From a virus (lineage: Duplodnaviria > Caudoviricetes): DNA of 24,815 bases. Where the stretch lies: positions 1 through 24,815 of IMG/VR virus record IMGVR_UViG_3300020594_000017; one strand, 5' to 3'. The translations under genes and the position numbers were made by a program. Below the pieces are notes generated by a model. The model ran no database searches. It was not told the DNA's origin and was given only the letters and a program-made list of their open reading frames with translations. Of this stretch, positions 1-8,786 are shown piece by piece. Each line of letters opens with the position of its first letter. The first letter of the stretch is position 1.

Positions 1-85
1 GCCGGAATCGAGGTGAAGTGATATGCCTGATAGGACCGTATGCGCCTGTCACTTTTGGCCACTTGAACTTTGCGAGGAGCAAGCC

Positions 86-406
86 ATGACCGACCTCACC
101 AAGCTGAAGGAGCTGGCGGAGCGGGCTTCTGCACTGCACGGAACCCCCAGCCTCGAACACTCTGCGGCCATCACTGAGTTCCGCAGCGCTGCCAATCCTC
201 AGGCCATCCTCGGGCTGATTGCTCGCCTGGAACGCCTGCAGGAGGCCTTCGACGAAGCCAACGAGATGCTGGCCCGCATCGGCGACTTCGCTCACGACAA
301 GAGCGCCGGGCCGGCTGTGCCGGATTCCTTGTGGGAAATCCGCAGCATGGCCTATAGCGCAGTTCGGATTGGTTTCGACATAGCCCTGGAAGGAGGCGGG
401 AAATGA
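86..406 (+). CDS. Ead/Ea22-like phage early protein
   Basis: SD GAGGAG at 74-79 precedes ATG 86, preferred over the ORF-track start at 23. The N-terminus MTDLTKLKELAERA...AANPQAILGLIARLERL resembles Ead/Ea22-like N-termini. The stop overlaps the next start (ATGA). Confidence 0.6.
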   Translation: MTDLTKLKELAERASALHGTPSLEHSAAITEFRSAANPQAILGLIARLERLQEAFDEANEMLARIGDFAHDKSAGPAVPDSLWEIRSMAYSAVRIGFDIALEGGGK

Positions 407-657
407 GCGAATGGCAGCCAATCGATACCGCTCCGAAGGATGGCACCGAGATCATCCTGCGCCGAGGCGAGCGCGTCACTTCCGGCGCCTGGATTGAGTG
501 GAGCAAGTCTGCTGCAGAACACCACTCCACAACCGGCGTCTACCTCGGTCAGGTCGAGTACGACAGCGGAGCTAACTGGGCGTCCTGGGATGGCGGGTTC
601 ACTGAAGAGGAGCCGCCCACCCACTGGCAACCACTCCCCGCCCCACCCTCCGCGTAA
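403..657 (+). CDS. DUF551-like phage protein
   Basis: MSEWQPIDTAPKDGTEI at the N-terminus and PTHWQPLPAPP at the C-terminus are the DUF551-type signature. SD GGAGG lies upstream. Confidence 0.8.
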   Translation: MSEWQPIDTAPKDGTEIILRRGERVTSGAWIEWSKSAAEHHSTTGVYLGQVEYDSGANWASWDGGFTEEEPPTHWQPLPAPPSA

Positions 658-712
658 CACCAGAATCCATGCACCATTCACGCATTGCGCTTCATGTTCA
701 TGAATGGCTGTT

Positions 713-772
713 TGGGGGATTCATTCCCCCAGGATTCCCCCATCTGCCCATTCCGGGCACCCTACTCCCCCA
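713..772. repeat. Four copies of TCCCCCA/TGGGGGA at the early/late convergence point
   Basis: TGGGGGA at 713-719 (inverted); TCCCCCA at 725-731, 736-742 and 766-772. Confidence 0.6.
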
Positions 773-1274
773 AGATTCGCTTCACATACCCCTGACACGC
801 CATCAGTTGCCGGATGGCATCGTCCCCTCGGTTGGCTATGGCGACAATTCGATCAGCAGATCCCGGGTCAAGGTCGGCTCGACCGGCTGCATGATCCACG
901 CCTCCGGTGCCGGCGGCGGTGGACACTTCGGCGGCGGGACTGCAACCACTGACCTTGACTGACAGCCGGCGCTGAGCAGTGAGCAGGTCAGCACGAAGCT
1001 GAGCGTTCTGATGCTGGGCATCGGTGTACTCCTGGTATCGGGTAGCGGAATCCTGCTGGACAGCCTTGGCAAGCGCCTGACGCTGTTCGTTTGCTTCCTG
1101 CTGGGCCTTTGCCGTGGCGAGGTTGATCGTACTCAGATCAGCCTGGAAAGCGTCCTGCTGCTGCTCGATCTGCTGGCCCAGCCTCCATCCGTTTGAAAGC
1201 CAGCCAGAAGCGAAGGCGCAGAGCATGACTGCTACCAGGGCTAGGGGCTTCCAGTAGCTGAGCAGCCAGGTCAT
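762..1274 (-). CDS. Rz-like inner-membrane spanin (i-spanin)
   Basis: The likely start is ATG 1274 (MTWLLSYWKPLALVAVMLCAFASGW, N-terminal TM helix), overlapping the endolysin stop. A coiled coil follows, with the C-terminal Rz motif GDDAIRQLMACQGYV. Confidence 0.88.
   Translation of the reverse strand: MTWLLSYWKPLALVAVMLCAFASGWLSNGWRLGQQIEQQQDAFQADLSTINLATAKAQQEANEQRQALAKAVQQDSATRYQEYTDAQHQNAQLRADLLTAQRRLSVKVSGCSPAAEVSTAAGTGGVDHAAGRADLDPGSADRIVAIANRGDDAIRQLMACQGYVKRILGE
836..1021 (-). CDS. Rz1-like outer-membrane lipoprotein spanin (o-spanin), embedded in Rz
   Basis: Alternative frame inside Rz. MPSIRTLSFVLTCSLLSAG-C is a signal peptide with lipobox, followed by Pro-rich PPPKCPPPPAPEAW. Confidence 0.85.
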   Translation of the reverse strand: MPSIRTLSFVLTCSLLSAGCQSRSVVAVPPPKCPPPPAPEAWIMQPVEPTLTRDLLIELSP

Positions 1275-1804
1275 GCCAGCACCGCCTTGGCCTTCTCCCA
1301 CAGCGCCAGACGATCCGCCTGCCCGTTCAGGCCGCCGTTGATGCGTCGGGTGATGTCCTCGAAGCGCCCGGCATCGGCCAGCTCGTTCAGGCCATGACTG
1401 GCCCACCACCAGGCTGCGGACGTGGCTGCCCACTCGGCCTGCTCCAGCAGTTCAGGCTGGTCGAGCAGCGGCAGGCCTAGGGCGGCACCTGCCTTCCGGT
1501 AGTTCTCCCGGCCGGTGATCTGGATCAGGCCGCGGCCCATGAAGCGCTTACCGTCGCCCGGCTGGGTGTTGCCCAGGTCCTTCCGGCCCTCGTAGCACTG
1601 CTGCGCCGCCGTCGGGCCCCAGATCTCGCGCACGTAGCGCAGTTGGCCCGATTCATGGCCGATCTGCGCCAGGAACGCCGCTTGTCGCACAGGTGAGTCG
1701 ATCCGGTAGCGCTGCATCGCCCGGTTGAGCGCAGGAACAAAAACGCCGGCACGAGGGCCGGCGTTGGGGTAGATGCGCAGGAGCTGCGCTTCGGTGATTG
1801 GCAT
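1271..1804 (-). CDS. Endolysin, glycoside hydrolase family 19 (chitinase-like)
   Basis: Motifs AAFLAQIGHESG, GRGLIQITGRENY and ITRRINGGLNG; directly upstream of the spanins. Confidence 0.93.
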   Translation of the reverse strand: MPITEAQLLRIYPNAGPRAGVFVPALNRAMQRYRIDSPVRQAAFLAQIGHESGQLRYVREIWGPTAAQQCYEGRKDLGNTQPGDGKRFMGRGLIQITGRENYRKAGAALGLPLLDQPELLEQAEWAATSAAWWWASHGLNELADAGRFEDITRRINGGLNGQADRLALWEKAKAVLA

Positions 1805-1812
1805 AGCGCACC

Positions 1813-2517
1813 TCAGGAGTTGGGGAAGGCAGCGTTCGGCGGGGTGAAGTTTGCGGTATAGCGGGCATAACCCTTCGTTATCCGGAAGTCGTCGAAGTTT
1901 CCATTGAAGTAACGCTGAGTCCCGCCATCCGCCCCAATAAACAGGGCGCTGGAATTGACCTCGATGGTCCCGCTGATACTTGCTGTCGCCTCAACAACAC
2001 CATCCAGGAAGAGTCGCAGAGTGGTCCCACTTCGGCACAACGCCACATGGTGCCAAGCGCCTGCGGCTACCGTAGTTGCTCCAGGCCCGACGATTACAGA
2101 GCCAGATGTGCTGTTTACGACGAAGGCGCGAAGGAAGCCTGTATCGGATATCTGCATTCCCCAGCCGGAAACACTGAATCGGCTGCAGATCTCCTGGCGC
2201 GCAGTGACTGTGGCCGCCGGGCGAATCCATCCTTCCAGAGTGAAGTCGCCAGAACCAAACTCCCAATCCGTAGAGGTCGCAGAGCTTACGTAGTTGGTCG
2301 ATCCGTTCAGAAGAAGACTCGCCGACCCGAACTTCTTCTCCGAAGTACTGAGGGCGGCGCCGTTGAATGCGCTGAACGTATGGCCCTTCTGGTCGGTGAT
2401 GGTGGTTGAAGCATTTGCGCCATCGAAATGGAGCAGCGCTGAAACGAGGGTCCACTGAGGGTCGGTGGCGGGACCGGAAGCGCTCAGCATCTGAGCAGCC
2501 ACAATGCCGGGAATCAT
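1813..2517 (-). CDS. LamG/concanavalin A-like domain tail fibre or receptor-binding protein
   Basis: Likely start ATG 2517 (MIPGIVAAQ), coupled by ATGA to the upstream stop. Motifs LLHFDG, DFTLEGW, WHHVAL.RSG...LFLDG, FNGNFDDFRITKG.ARY. Confidence 0.82.
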   Translation of the reverse strand: MIPGIVAAQMLSASGPATDPQWTLVSALLHFDGANASTTITDQKGHTFSAFNGAALSTSEKKFGSASLLLNGSTNYVSSATSTDWEFGSGDFTLEGWIRPAATVTARQEICSRFSVSGWGMQISDTGFLRAFVVNSTSGSVIVGPGATTVAAGAWHHVALCRSGTTLRLFLDGVVEATASISGTIEVNSSALFIGADGGTQRYFNGNFDDFRITKGYARYTANFTPPNAAFPNS

Positions 2518-3209
2518 ACTGGCACCGTTTGACCAATCACGTCCCACACGTCAGAAGCGACGCGCTTTAGCGTGACCGTCATCCGTTCTGTCATCACCAA
2601 AGTCCCCCCCGACGGCGCGTTCAGGGTGACTCCAGAGCCAGGCGTCAAGGTCAGGTTTCCAGTCGACCCGCGGCGCACATGGATTTCTGCTGTCGAACCC
2701 CAGCTGACGGAGCTCTGCGGTGGAATGGTCAACGTAGAGGCGCTGGTATTGGTGAAGCGGATGTAGGCGCCATTGTCGGTAAGCGCGGCAGTTCGAGAAG
2801 TGGTCGCTTCGGTAATTACCGCCGCACCACCCGACCCACCACCCCCACTCGCTTCCGGTAGCGCCCAGGCAGAGCCTGAATACCCATAGCGCTTGGCGAT
2901 CCCATTTGCATCCAATTCGTCCAGCACGGACGCCATCCAGCCGGCCTTTGGCACGATGAATTGCCAAGCCCCGGCAGATGCAGACCACCAGGCAATTTGG
3001 CCGGCCTTACTGGACCCGGTCCCCCAGTTTCCAGAAGCGACGATGTAAGCCGCTTCATCAGTTGGAGATCCTGGAGGAGTCGAAAGGTCCTTATCGATTA
3101 TCGATAGCTGCACAATCTGGTTCAGGCTGGCAAAGGTGAGGTTCGCCAGAGTCTGGTTCGCAGCATTGTTCTGAAGCAGCTCAAGGCCGAGCTTCCCGGT
3201 CGTTGCCAT
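2514..3209 (-). CDS. DUF2793-domain tail fibre protein
   Basis: N-terminal LGLELL...TPPGSP.D..AYIV...GQIAWW...WQFIVPKAGW is typical of DUF2793, followed by a GGGGSGG linker and a beta-rich C-terminal domain. TGATG-coupled to the upstream gene. Confidence 0.75.
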   Translation of the reverse strand: MATTGKLGLELLQNNAANQTLANLTFASLNQIVQLSIIDKDLSTPPGSPTDEAAYIVASGNWGTGSSKAGQIAWWSASAGAWQFIVPKAGWMASVLDELDANGIAKRYGYSGSAWALPEASGGGGSGGAAVITEATTSRTAALTDNGAYIRFTNTSASTLTIPPQSSVSWGSTAEIHVRRGSTGNLTLTPGSGVTLNAPSGGTLVMTERMTVTLKRVASDVWDVIGQTVPV

Positions 3210-6200
3210 CAGAGCGTTACCTCAAGTGGATAGCCGCGCCCGACGACGGACGACAGCTGGTAGATTCGGAATGTGATCGAGGACTGCGGCGAGCCGAAGT
3301 CGGAGGTCTGGTTGGAAGCCGAGTAGGACCAGGCCGGCGAGGTGATAGGGATCGTGCGCTTCACCGTCGAGCCCGACATGACGTCGACCTCATATGCCTC
3401 GCTGGTCTCACCGATCGGAGCAACCACCCCATTGGTCCACCAGCTGTTCGAGAGTCGACTGCGCCTGGTAAACGTCCCGGAAAAGTTGCTTGAGACATCC
3501 CGGGTTCCGCGGGCATATACCGGAGACAGACATTCCAAGTTAACGCCGCGATAGGCCAAGCTCTGGTCCTGAGCGCTATCAACCGTTGCACCCGAAGAAA
3601 CCGCGCGGTATAGGCGCGTGATCCCGATGGACTCCACCGGCATGCCAACGAAGGCGTTGTCCGGGTCATCGAGAAGAACAAACCAGTCGCCACGCTGGTG
3701 CAAACCTGTTGCCCACTCAGTCCCTCGCTGCCCACGCACAAATCCACTGACTCTGTACGTCCCGTCTGACTGCAGAGCGGCAGTCTGGAAGCGAACAATC
3801 TCCCAGCGCCCATCGCTGCCGTAGGCGGCGTAGTTGATGCCAGCGAGCATCTGGTCGCGCGTTACGCTTTCCAGCGCGCCAGAGATAAGCGTCACCGTCA
3901 GGGCGCGTTGGTCAATGACCGTGCCATTGCTCGCCGGCAGTACGTCGAATGTATTGCCGAAGGTGCACTTCGAGGTGAAAGCCTGTAGGTCACTCCACGT
4001 CTGACCATTATCGGGAGACTGAACGAGCACGCCACCACTCCAACCATCCGTGTAGCCTGACATCGCCACCACGAACCCTGGACTATTCTGCACGGTCTCA
4101 TCGACGACCGGGATGTCCATTAGAACGACGATGGATTCGCCGGTTAGCGGAATCGTGCCATCAGGGCCTGGTCCCGGGGCGCCGATAGCATTGCTAATAT
4201 AAATGGCTGCATTGTTCAGCTTGGCCTTGCAGGTCAGCCGACTGTCCGACTCATAGTTGATTTCAGTCAGGCGCAGTTCGAAGTCGCCAAACTTAGCCTT
4301 GACCATGACAACGTCAGATGGCTCAAGAGCGAGATAGATGGGTGGTAGCGAGAAGTCGAAGTCATCGCGCTCAAGCCAGCGGAGAAACAGCAGTTTCTCG
4401 GCCATCTGCGCGATTTCATCGTCGCTCAGAACGAGTGGGATATCGCGGTCTTCTGTGTTTACCGCAGTAGTGTTCAGACGCTCGTAATACTGGGTGCTGG
4501 AGCCATATTCACGATCCGAACTGAGCGCCGTAATGCTGACCTTCTGCGGAAGCTGGGAGTCCATTTCACGCGAGTACGGCAGCGAGTCGCCAATCTCATC
4601 CCCATCCGTTGCCGCAAGATCTTCCAAGGGGATCGTCATCACCGACGATTGTCCGCGCGGGATGAACTTGATCTTGTAGCCGGAGGGAACAACGTCGAAC
4701 GGATAAGCCCCTTGAAGCGGCTCGATGACTGAGCGAATCGTTCCGCCTGAAACTCGGTATCCTGTAACGCTTTGAGTCAGCAGGCTGACATCAAGATCTA
4801 TCGGCGCGATTAGATTGCTCAACAAACATTCTGATGAGACAACATCTTTAAGATCTACTTTGGCATCAACTTGTATTGAGAATGCTATAACCTGAATTGG
4901 AGAATCATCACTCCCACCTCTTCGGTATATCACCCCATCAACTACAATCCCTGGCTGTCCATTCCCACCAATTCGAAGTGATGCGAAATCATCACTTTCA
5001 ATACGATGAGTTCTTTCTCCGGTAGATGCATCATACCCCTGCAAAATAGGGTGTTCCTCTTGAGGAAGAACCCAAAGAACACCATCATCAAATGAACAAT
5101 AGGTAATTCCCGATACAGTAAAATCTGAACTAAATGGAGCACTACTAAGCAGCGAAAGACTCTCTTTATACAAGATATCTATTCGCTCGCCAGTCAATGC
5201 ATATACATATGCGTCCCCAACAGTAAACGTCAGATAGTCTGATGCATCGCTAGCGTGAGAAACAGCTCCGATTATGTCTCTGACATAGACAGTGCCATCC
5301 GAGCTTGCCAGCACATACATGAGACCGTCATCGTAATATGCTTTTTTGGCGCCAGAGAGCGCTGGATATGTAGCAAATACCCCTATGTTTGTAACCACTC
5401 TATCATTGGTTAATGGCATAAGTGCATAGTCAAGATCGCCAACAGCTACCAGATCTGAACTATATTGTCCGCCAAGCGGAAATGGCTCTCGAAAAATACC
5501 AGACGTTCTATACACATCAATAGTTTTTGGAGTTGTATCAATGTTAGCCCTGAATGCAGTCCTTGCTATTTCTGCAGATCTTTTATTGAACAAAATGAAT
5601 ATAGAAGATTGACTTGGATAGCTTATTGATTCTCTATACAGAATGCTCGTTCTGGTTTCAGCGGAATTAACAACTTCCACCTTGAACTGCGCCGCCTGCA
5701 GCGTGTTCGAGTAATCGGCCAGGGCGAAGTCATCAAAAACGATGTAGGTATAGCCGCGGAAGGCCGGCGCATTCCCAACGCCAACATCAGCCTCATAGCG
5801 CGGATCGGGCAACTGATCATCCGTCCCCCGGTACAGCCTCCATCCCTTCGCGGCCTGGTTGCTCGCGATGATGGTTTCCAGGTCATCGCTGCCGGCGTTG
5901 TAGATGAGCTTGTCGGAGCACCAGATGCGACGGATACCGGCAATCTCGCCTTGACAGAGCATCAGGGCAAAGGTGGCGTAATAGCTGTAGGTCTTGGTGA
6001 CGGTCGAAGGACCGCCCTTCCCGCCTGACTTTTTCTTTTTGACGACTTCCTTGAGCTGGTTCTTCTCCATCCAGACGATCTGGCTGCCGGAGAGGCCGAC
6101 AGTGCCGTAGACGCGCGGGATGTCGCCGCCGTACTCACTGCCCTGGAAAGTGCGATCTGACCGTTTGCCGATTTCAATAACAGTCTTTTGTGCGGAGGAA

Positions 6201-6316
6201 AGGCCGGCAAGGAGCCCGCCGATGATGACGCCGCCGGCAATCCCAACCCCTGAACCTATGAGCAGGGCGCCAGCAATTCCTCCGGCAACGCCTCCAGCGA
6301 GTTGACCGGTACTCAT
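3209..6316 (-). CDS. Central tail/tip attachment protein (GTA gp15 megatron-like, Phage-tail_3 family)
   Basis: 1035 aa; motifs YGGDIPRVYG, YSYYATFALMLCQGEI..IRRIW, PAFRG..YIVF, GQRGTE. Follows the DUF2163 and NlpC genes. Confidence 0.85.
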   Translation of the reverse strand: MSTGQLAGGVAGGIAGALLIGSGVGIAGGVIIGGLLAGLSSAQKTVIEIGKRSDRTFQGSEYGGDIPRVYGTVGLSGSQIVWMEKNQLKEVVKKKKSGGKGGPSTVTKTYSYYATFALMLCQGEIAGIRRIWCSDKLIYNAGSDDLETIIASNQAAKGWRLYRGTDDQLPDPRYEADVGVGNAPAFRGYTYIVFDDFALADYSNTLQAAQFKVEVVNSAETRTSILYRESISYPSQSSIFILFNKRSAEIARTAFRANIDTTPKTIDVYRTSGIFREPFPLGGQYSSDLVAVGDLDYALMPLTNDRVVTNIGVFATYPALSGAKKAYYDDGLMYVLASSDGTVYVRDIIGAVSHASDASDYLTFTVGDAYVYALTGERIDILYKESLSLLSSAPFSSDFTVSGITYCSFDDGVLWVLPQEEHPILQGYDASTGERTHRIESDDFASLRIGGNGQPGIVVDGVIYRRGGSDDSPIQVIAFSIQVDAKVDLKDVVSSECLLSNLIAPIDLDVSLLTQSVTGYRVSGGTIRSVIEPLQGAYPFDVVPSGYKIKFIPRGQSSVMTIPLEDLAATDGDEIGDSLPYSREMDSQLPQKVSITALSSDREYGSSTQYYERLNTTAVNTEDRDIPLVLSDDEIAQMAEKLLFLRWLERDDFDFSLPPIYLALEPSDVVMVKAKFGDFELRLTEINYESDSRLTCKAKLNNAAIYISNAIGAPGPGPDGTIPLTGESIVVLMDIPVVDETVQNSPGFVVAMSGYTDGWSGGVLVQSPDNGQTWSDLQAFTSKCTFGNTFDVLPASNGTVIDQRALTVTLISGALESVTRDQMLAGINYAAYGSDGRWEIVRFQTAALQSDGTYRVSGFVRGQRGTEWATGLHQRGDWFVLLDDPDNAFVGMPVESIGITRLYRAVSSGATVDSAQDQSLAYRGVNLECLSPVYARGTRDVSSNFSGTFTRRSRLSNSWWTNGVVAPIGETSEAYEVDVMSGSTVKRTIPITSPAWSYSASNQTSDFGSPQSSITFRIYQLSSVVGRGYPLEVTL

Positions 6317-6741
6317 TAAACTTCCTCAAATCGATATGCACGAACGACGCGACCGAACCAGGTCGAGTCCAGGCGATGGACACAGACCTTCCCGTGCTGC
6401 TCGCTGGCATGGATGACGTAGGGATGCCCTCGGTATTCGCCGGCATGGATCGCGATGTGCTGGGGTTGCTTGGTCATGCGCATCAGCAGGACGTCACCCT
6501 TCTGTGCTTCAGGAACGGCGATGCGCTGCAAGGACGGCTGGGCGTCCATCTGGCGCTCCAGTTCGCCGTCAAAGGGAGTGCGCGGGTATCCCTGCGCGTC
6601 CTGATGGGGGATACCCAAGCGCTGGCAGACGAAGACGTAGAGGCCTGCGCAGTCGAGCCCAAGCCCAACCACTCTCCCTTGATGGCGGAACGGTGTTCCC
6701 TCGGCCTCCAGGGCGGCAGAGACGATCTCGTCGCGAGTCAT
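6316..6741 (-). CDS. NlpC/P60 family tail-associated cell wall peptidase (GTA gp14-like)
   Basis: GTPFRHQGR..GLGLDCAGL (catalytic Cys), QHIAI (His) and VIHA motifs; synteny. Confidence 0.9.
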   Translation of the reverse strand: MTRDEIVSAALEAEGTPFRHQGRVVGLGLDCAGLYVFVCQRLGIPHQDAQGYPRTPFDGELERQMDAQPSLQRIAVPEAQKGDVLLMRMTKQPQHIAIHAGEYRGHPYVIHASEQHGKVCVHRLDSTWFGRVVRAYRFEEV

Positions 6742-7625
6742 GCGCCCCTCCCTACTGCTCCGGATTGGGATGCGGTTGGCATATCAGGCTGGCCACCGAA
6801 GTTCGGGCCGTTGCCGTATTTGCCCACACAGTCCTCAGTGCGGCGCTTCCGGCAGCCGGGAATCATCACGTAGGCATCCCCAGGCGCGATGGCATAGGGG
6901 AACGGCTCGTGCGTGGTGATGACACCTGCCGAGGTCGAAGACTTAATCTGCTGCGGCTTCAGGCCGGCATTGAGCCCCGTGGTGAACATCACCTGGCCGG
7001 CGGTGAACCAGTCATCCGCCTCAGCCCGGGAAGAATCGGTGAAGGTGTACTGACTGGTGACGCCAGTAACCGTCCCGCTGACCTTGTAGTCGTTGATGTT
7101 CGGGCCATCCGGGTTGGAACGAGGACCGGTGCAACGGCTACGGGTAGGCGCGATGATTCGACCATCCAGCGTCTGGTCGAACAGCGTATAGGGGCATTGA
7201 GCAGTGAACACCGAGCCAACTGACTGATTCAGCGCATCCACAATGCTCATCATCTCGGCCTTATAGGCATCGTCGGTGAGCGTGGTCTTGCCGAGGATCA
7301 TGACGCCAAGCGGCTCTTCGTCCTCGATGGGCGCCTTCCAGGAAGTGGCGAAGACATAGCAGCGAGCGTTGTCGAAAACGCCAGTGGCCAACTGCTCCCG
7401 GGTGATCCCATGGTTCAGGATGCCGGTCAGGTCCACGCTCGACGGCGACATGCTGTCGGTCGCATCCAATCCGCTGAACTCGTAGCCGGATTCGGTCGAA
7501 TAGACCGTTCCGTTGCTCATTACGAGGTCAGTCGGATAAGCAGCCAGGCGCACCACGGTTCCGTTCTCAGCTTCGATGCGGGCGCAGTAAACCCTCGTCT
7601 TCCAGTCTGCGACGTGTGGTTTCAT
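6738..7625 (-). CDS. Baseplate hub protein DUF2163/BR0599 (GTA gp13-like)
   Basis: Cys pattern C.Y.LFD...RC...PGCRKR..DC..KYGN..NFGG.P; synteny. Confidence 0.85.
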   Translation of the reverse strand: MKPHVADWKTRVYCARIEAENGTVVRLAAYPTDLVMSNGTVYSTESGYEFSGLDATDSMSPSSVDLTGILNHGITREQLATGVFDNARCYVFATSWKAPIEDEEPLGVMILGKTTLTDDAYKAEMMSIVDALNQSVGSVFTAQCPYTLFDQTLDGRIIAPTRSRCTGPRSNPDGPNINDYKVSGTVTGVTSQYTFTDSSRAEADDWFTAGQVMFTTGLNAGLKPQQIKSSTSAGVITTHEPFPYAIAPGDAYVMIPGCRKRRTEDCVGKYGNGPNFGGQPDMPTASQSGAVGRGA

Positions 7626-7643
7626 GGGTGGTCTCTGAGGGTT

Positions 7644-7757
7644 TCAGCGAGCAGCGAGAACGAGGGCGACGCCGGACAGGACGAGGAAAGCGGTAATGCC
7701 GAGGGAGATCAGGATGCCGGCCACATTCGCGCCGCCGGCAGTCATCTTGCCTTTCAT
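7644..7757 (-). CDS. Small single-pass membrane peptide (moron), 37 aa from ATG 7757 or 46 aa from ATG 7784
   Basis: MKGKMTAGGANVAGILISLGITAFLVLSGVALVLAAR; SD GAGG 6 nt upstream of ATG 7757; one hydrophobic helix. Confidence 0.55.
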   Translation of the reverse strand: MKGKMTAGGANVAGILISLGITAFLVLSGVALVLAAR

Positions 7758-7823
7758 GGATAGCCTCGTTTTGCTAGAGTGCATGCATGTCTTGCTCCTA
7801 TGGATGCGATAGGGGTGAGAACA

Positions 7824-7858
7824 AAAAGCCCCGGGCGTTGCGAGCACCTGGGGCTTTT
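7824..7858. terminator. Bidirectional intrinsic terminator-like hairpin
   Basis: AAAAGCCCCGGG...CCTGGGGCTTTT, with T tracts on both strands. Confidence 0.75.
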
Positions 7859-7910
7859 GCTTTTGGGTTGGAGTGAGGGTTTCTGTCCATGCAGGGAGCC
7901 AATCGCCCCA

Positions 7911-8786
7911 TCAGGGATTCAGGAGTTCAACAAGAGTCAATCCTGACGCCTGCCCCACATCCGCACTCAGCGCCTGGACGTTGAAATTCGAGTCGAATGC
8001 GACAGGGATGTCGAACTCACATCCGCCGGTTACGATGTCCGATCCGGTATTTAGCGGACGCGTTTGAGCCGTTCCGCCGCTGGTGTAGTCGCTGAAGGCG
8101 GTGGAGTTGATGGCCACGGTGATCGAGGTTCCAGAGCGCGCAGTGATGAGCGCTCGGCGCCCGTTAATCTGCGTCATCCCAGAGACACCGGAGATCACCA
8201 CGGACTCACCGATGACGAAGCTATTGACCACACTGATGACGGTAGTCGCGCCCTTGGTGATGCCCGTAATGGTGCCCGTCTTGTTCGCTGCCAGAGTCAC
8301 CCGGCCGGTCGTGTAATCGATGGTGGTTCCGTTCGGGTAGGCCACTCCGGCTACGGCAATGACGGCCTTCCCCTGTACCGGCTTGAAGATCGTCCGACGG
8401 GGCCTGCCGATGCTCGCCAAACCAGGCTTGTCCCGGCCGTACTCCTTCACCAACTGGTATACGCCATCGCTGACGATATCCAACGTGCAGTCCAGCGAGG
8501 TATAGGCCGACTGGCCATCGATTGCCGTGGTGAAATCCGCCCAGGCCTTCACTCGGAAGCCGGCAAATCCACCCCAAGTCCTGTAGTACAGGCTGGCTAC
8601 TTCCTGGGCCAGTTCCTTGTTGTACTTCACGTACTCGATATCGAAGGTGCGGTAGGGCTTGCCGTTCTTCAGCGAGACAAACCGCGAACCTCCTGCTGTC
8701 GTGGTGACGCTGGTGAAGAAGCTGTCCTCCGCCTCGGCGCCGATTCGGAAGCAGGTGTCCAGACGCTCCTCAATGAACTCCCCCAT
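7911..8786 (-). CDS. Distal tail protein, DUF2460 (GTA gp12-like), with an inserted beta domain
   Basis: F.EERL...F.T.V....G, GFRVKAWAD, YQLVKEYG, RTIFKPV.G and C-terminal G.EFDIPV.F. An internal insert ITGITKG...GVSGMTQING...YTSGG is present. Confidence 0.82.
   Translation of the reverse strand: MGEFIEERLDTCFRIGAEAEDSFFTSVTTTAGGSRFVSLKNGKPYRTFDIEYVKYNKELAQEVASLYYRTWGGFAGFRVKAWADFTTAIDGQSAYTSLDCTLDIVSDGVYQLVKEYGRDKPGLASIGRPRRTIFKPVQGKAVIAVAGVAYPNGTTIDYTTGRVTLAANKTGTITGITKGATTVISVVNSFVIGESVVISGVSGMTQINGRRALITARSGTSITVAINSTAFSDYTSGGTAQTRPLNTGSDIVTGGCEFDIPVAFDSNFNVQALSADVGQASGLTLVELLNP

Noticed and set aside
669-962. Plus-strand ORFs 669..962 and 704..952
   Set aside because: Antisense to Rz/Rz1, no convincing SD and no recognisable domain.
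1813-6316. Diversity-generating retroelement or invertible tail-fibre cassette
   Set aside because: No reverse transcriptase, invertase, TR/VR-like repeat pair or inverted fibre copy seen in the window.
7644-7757. Small TM peptide as the missing holin
   Set aside because: Very short, single TM helix, no charged C-terminal tail, and located in a repeat-flanked insert far from the lysis genes.
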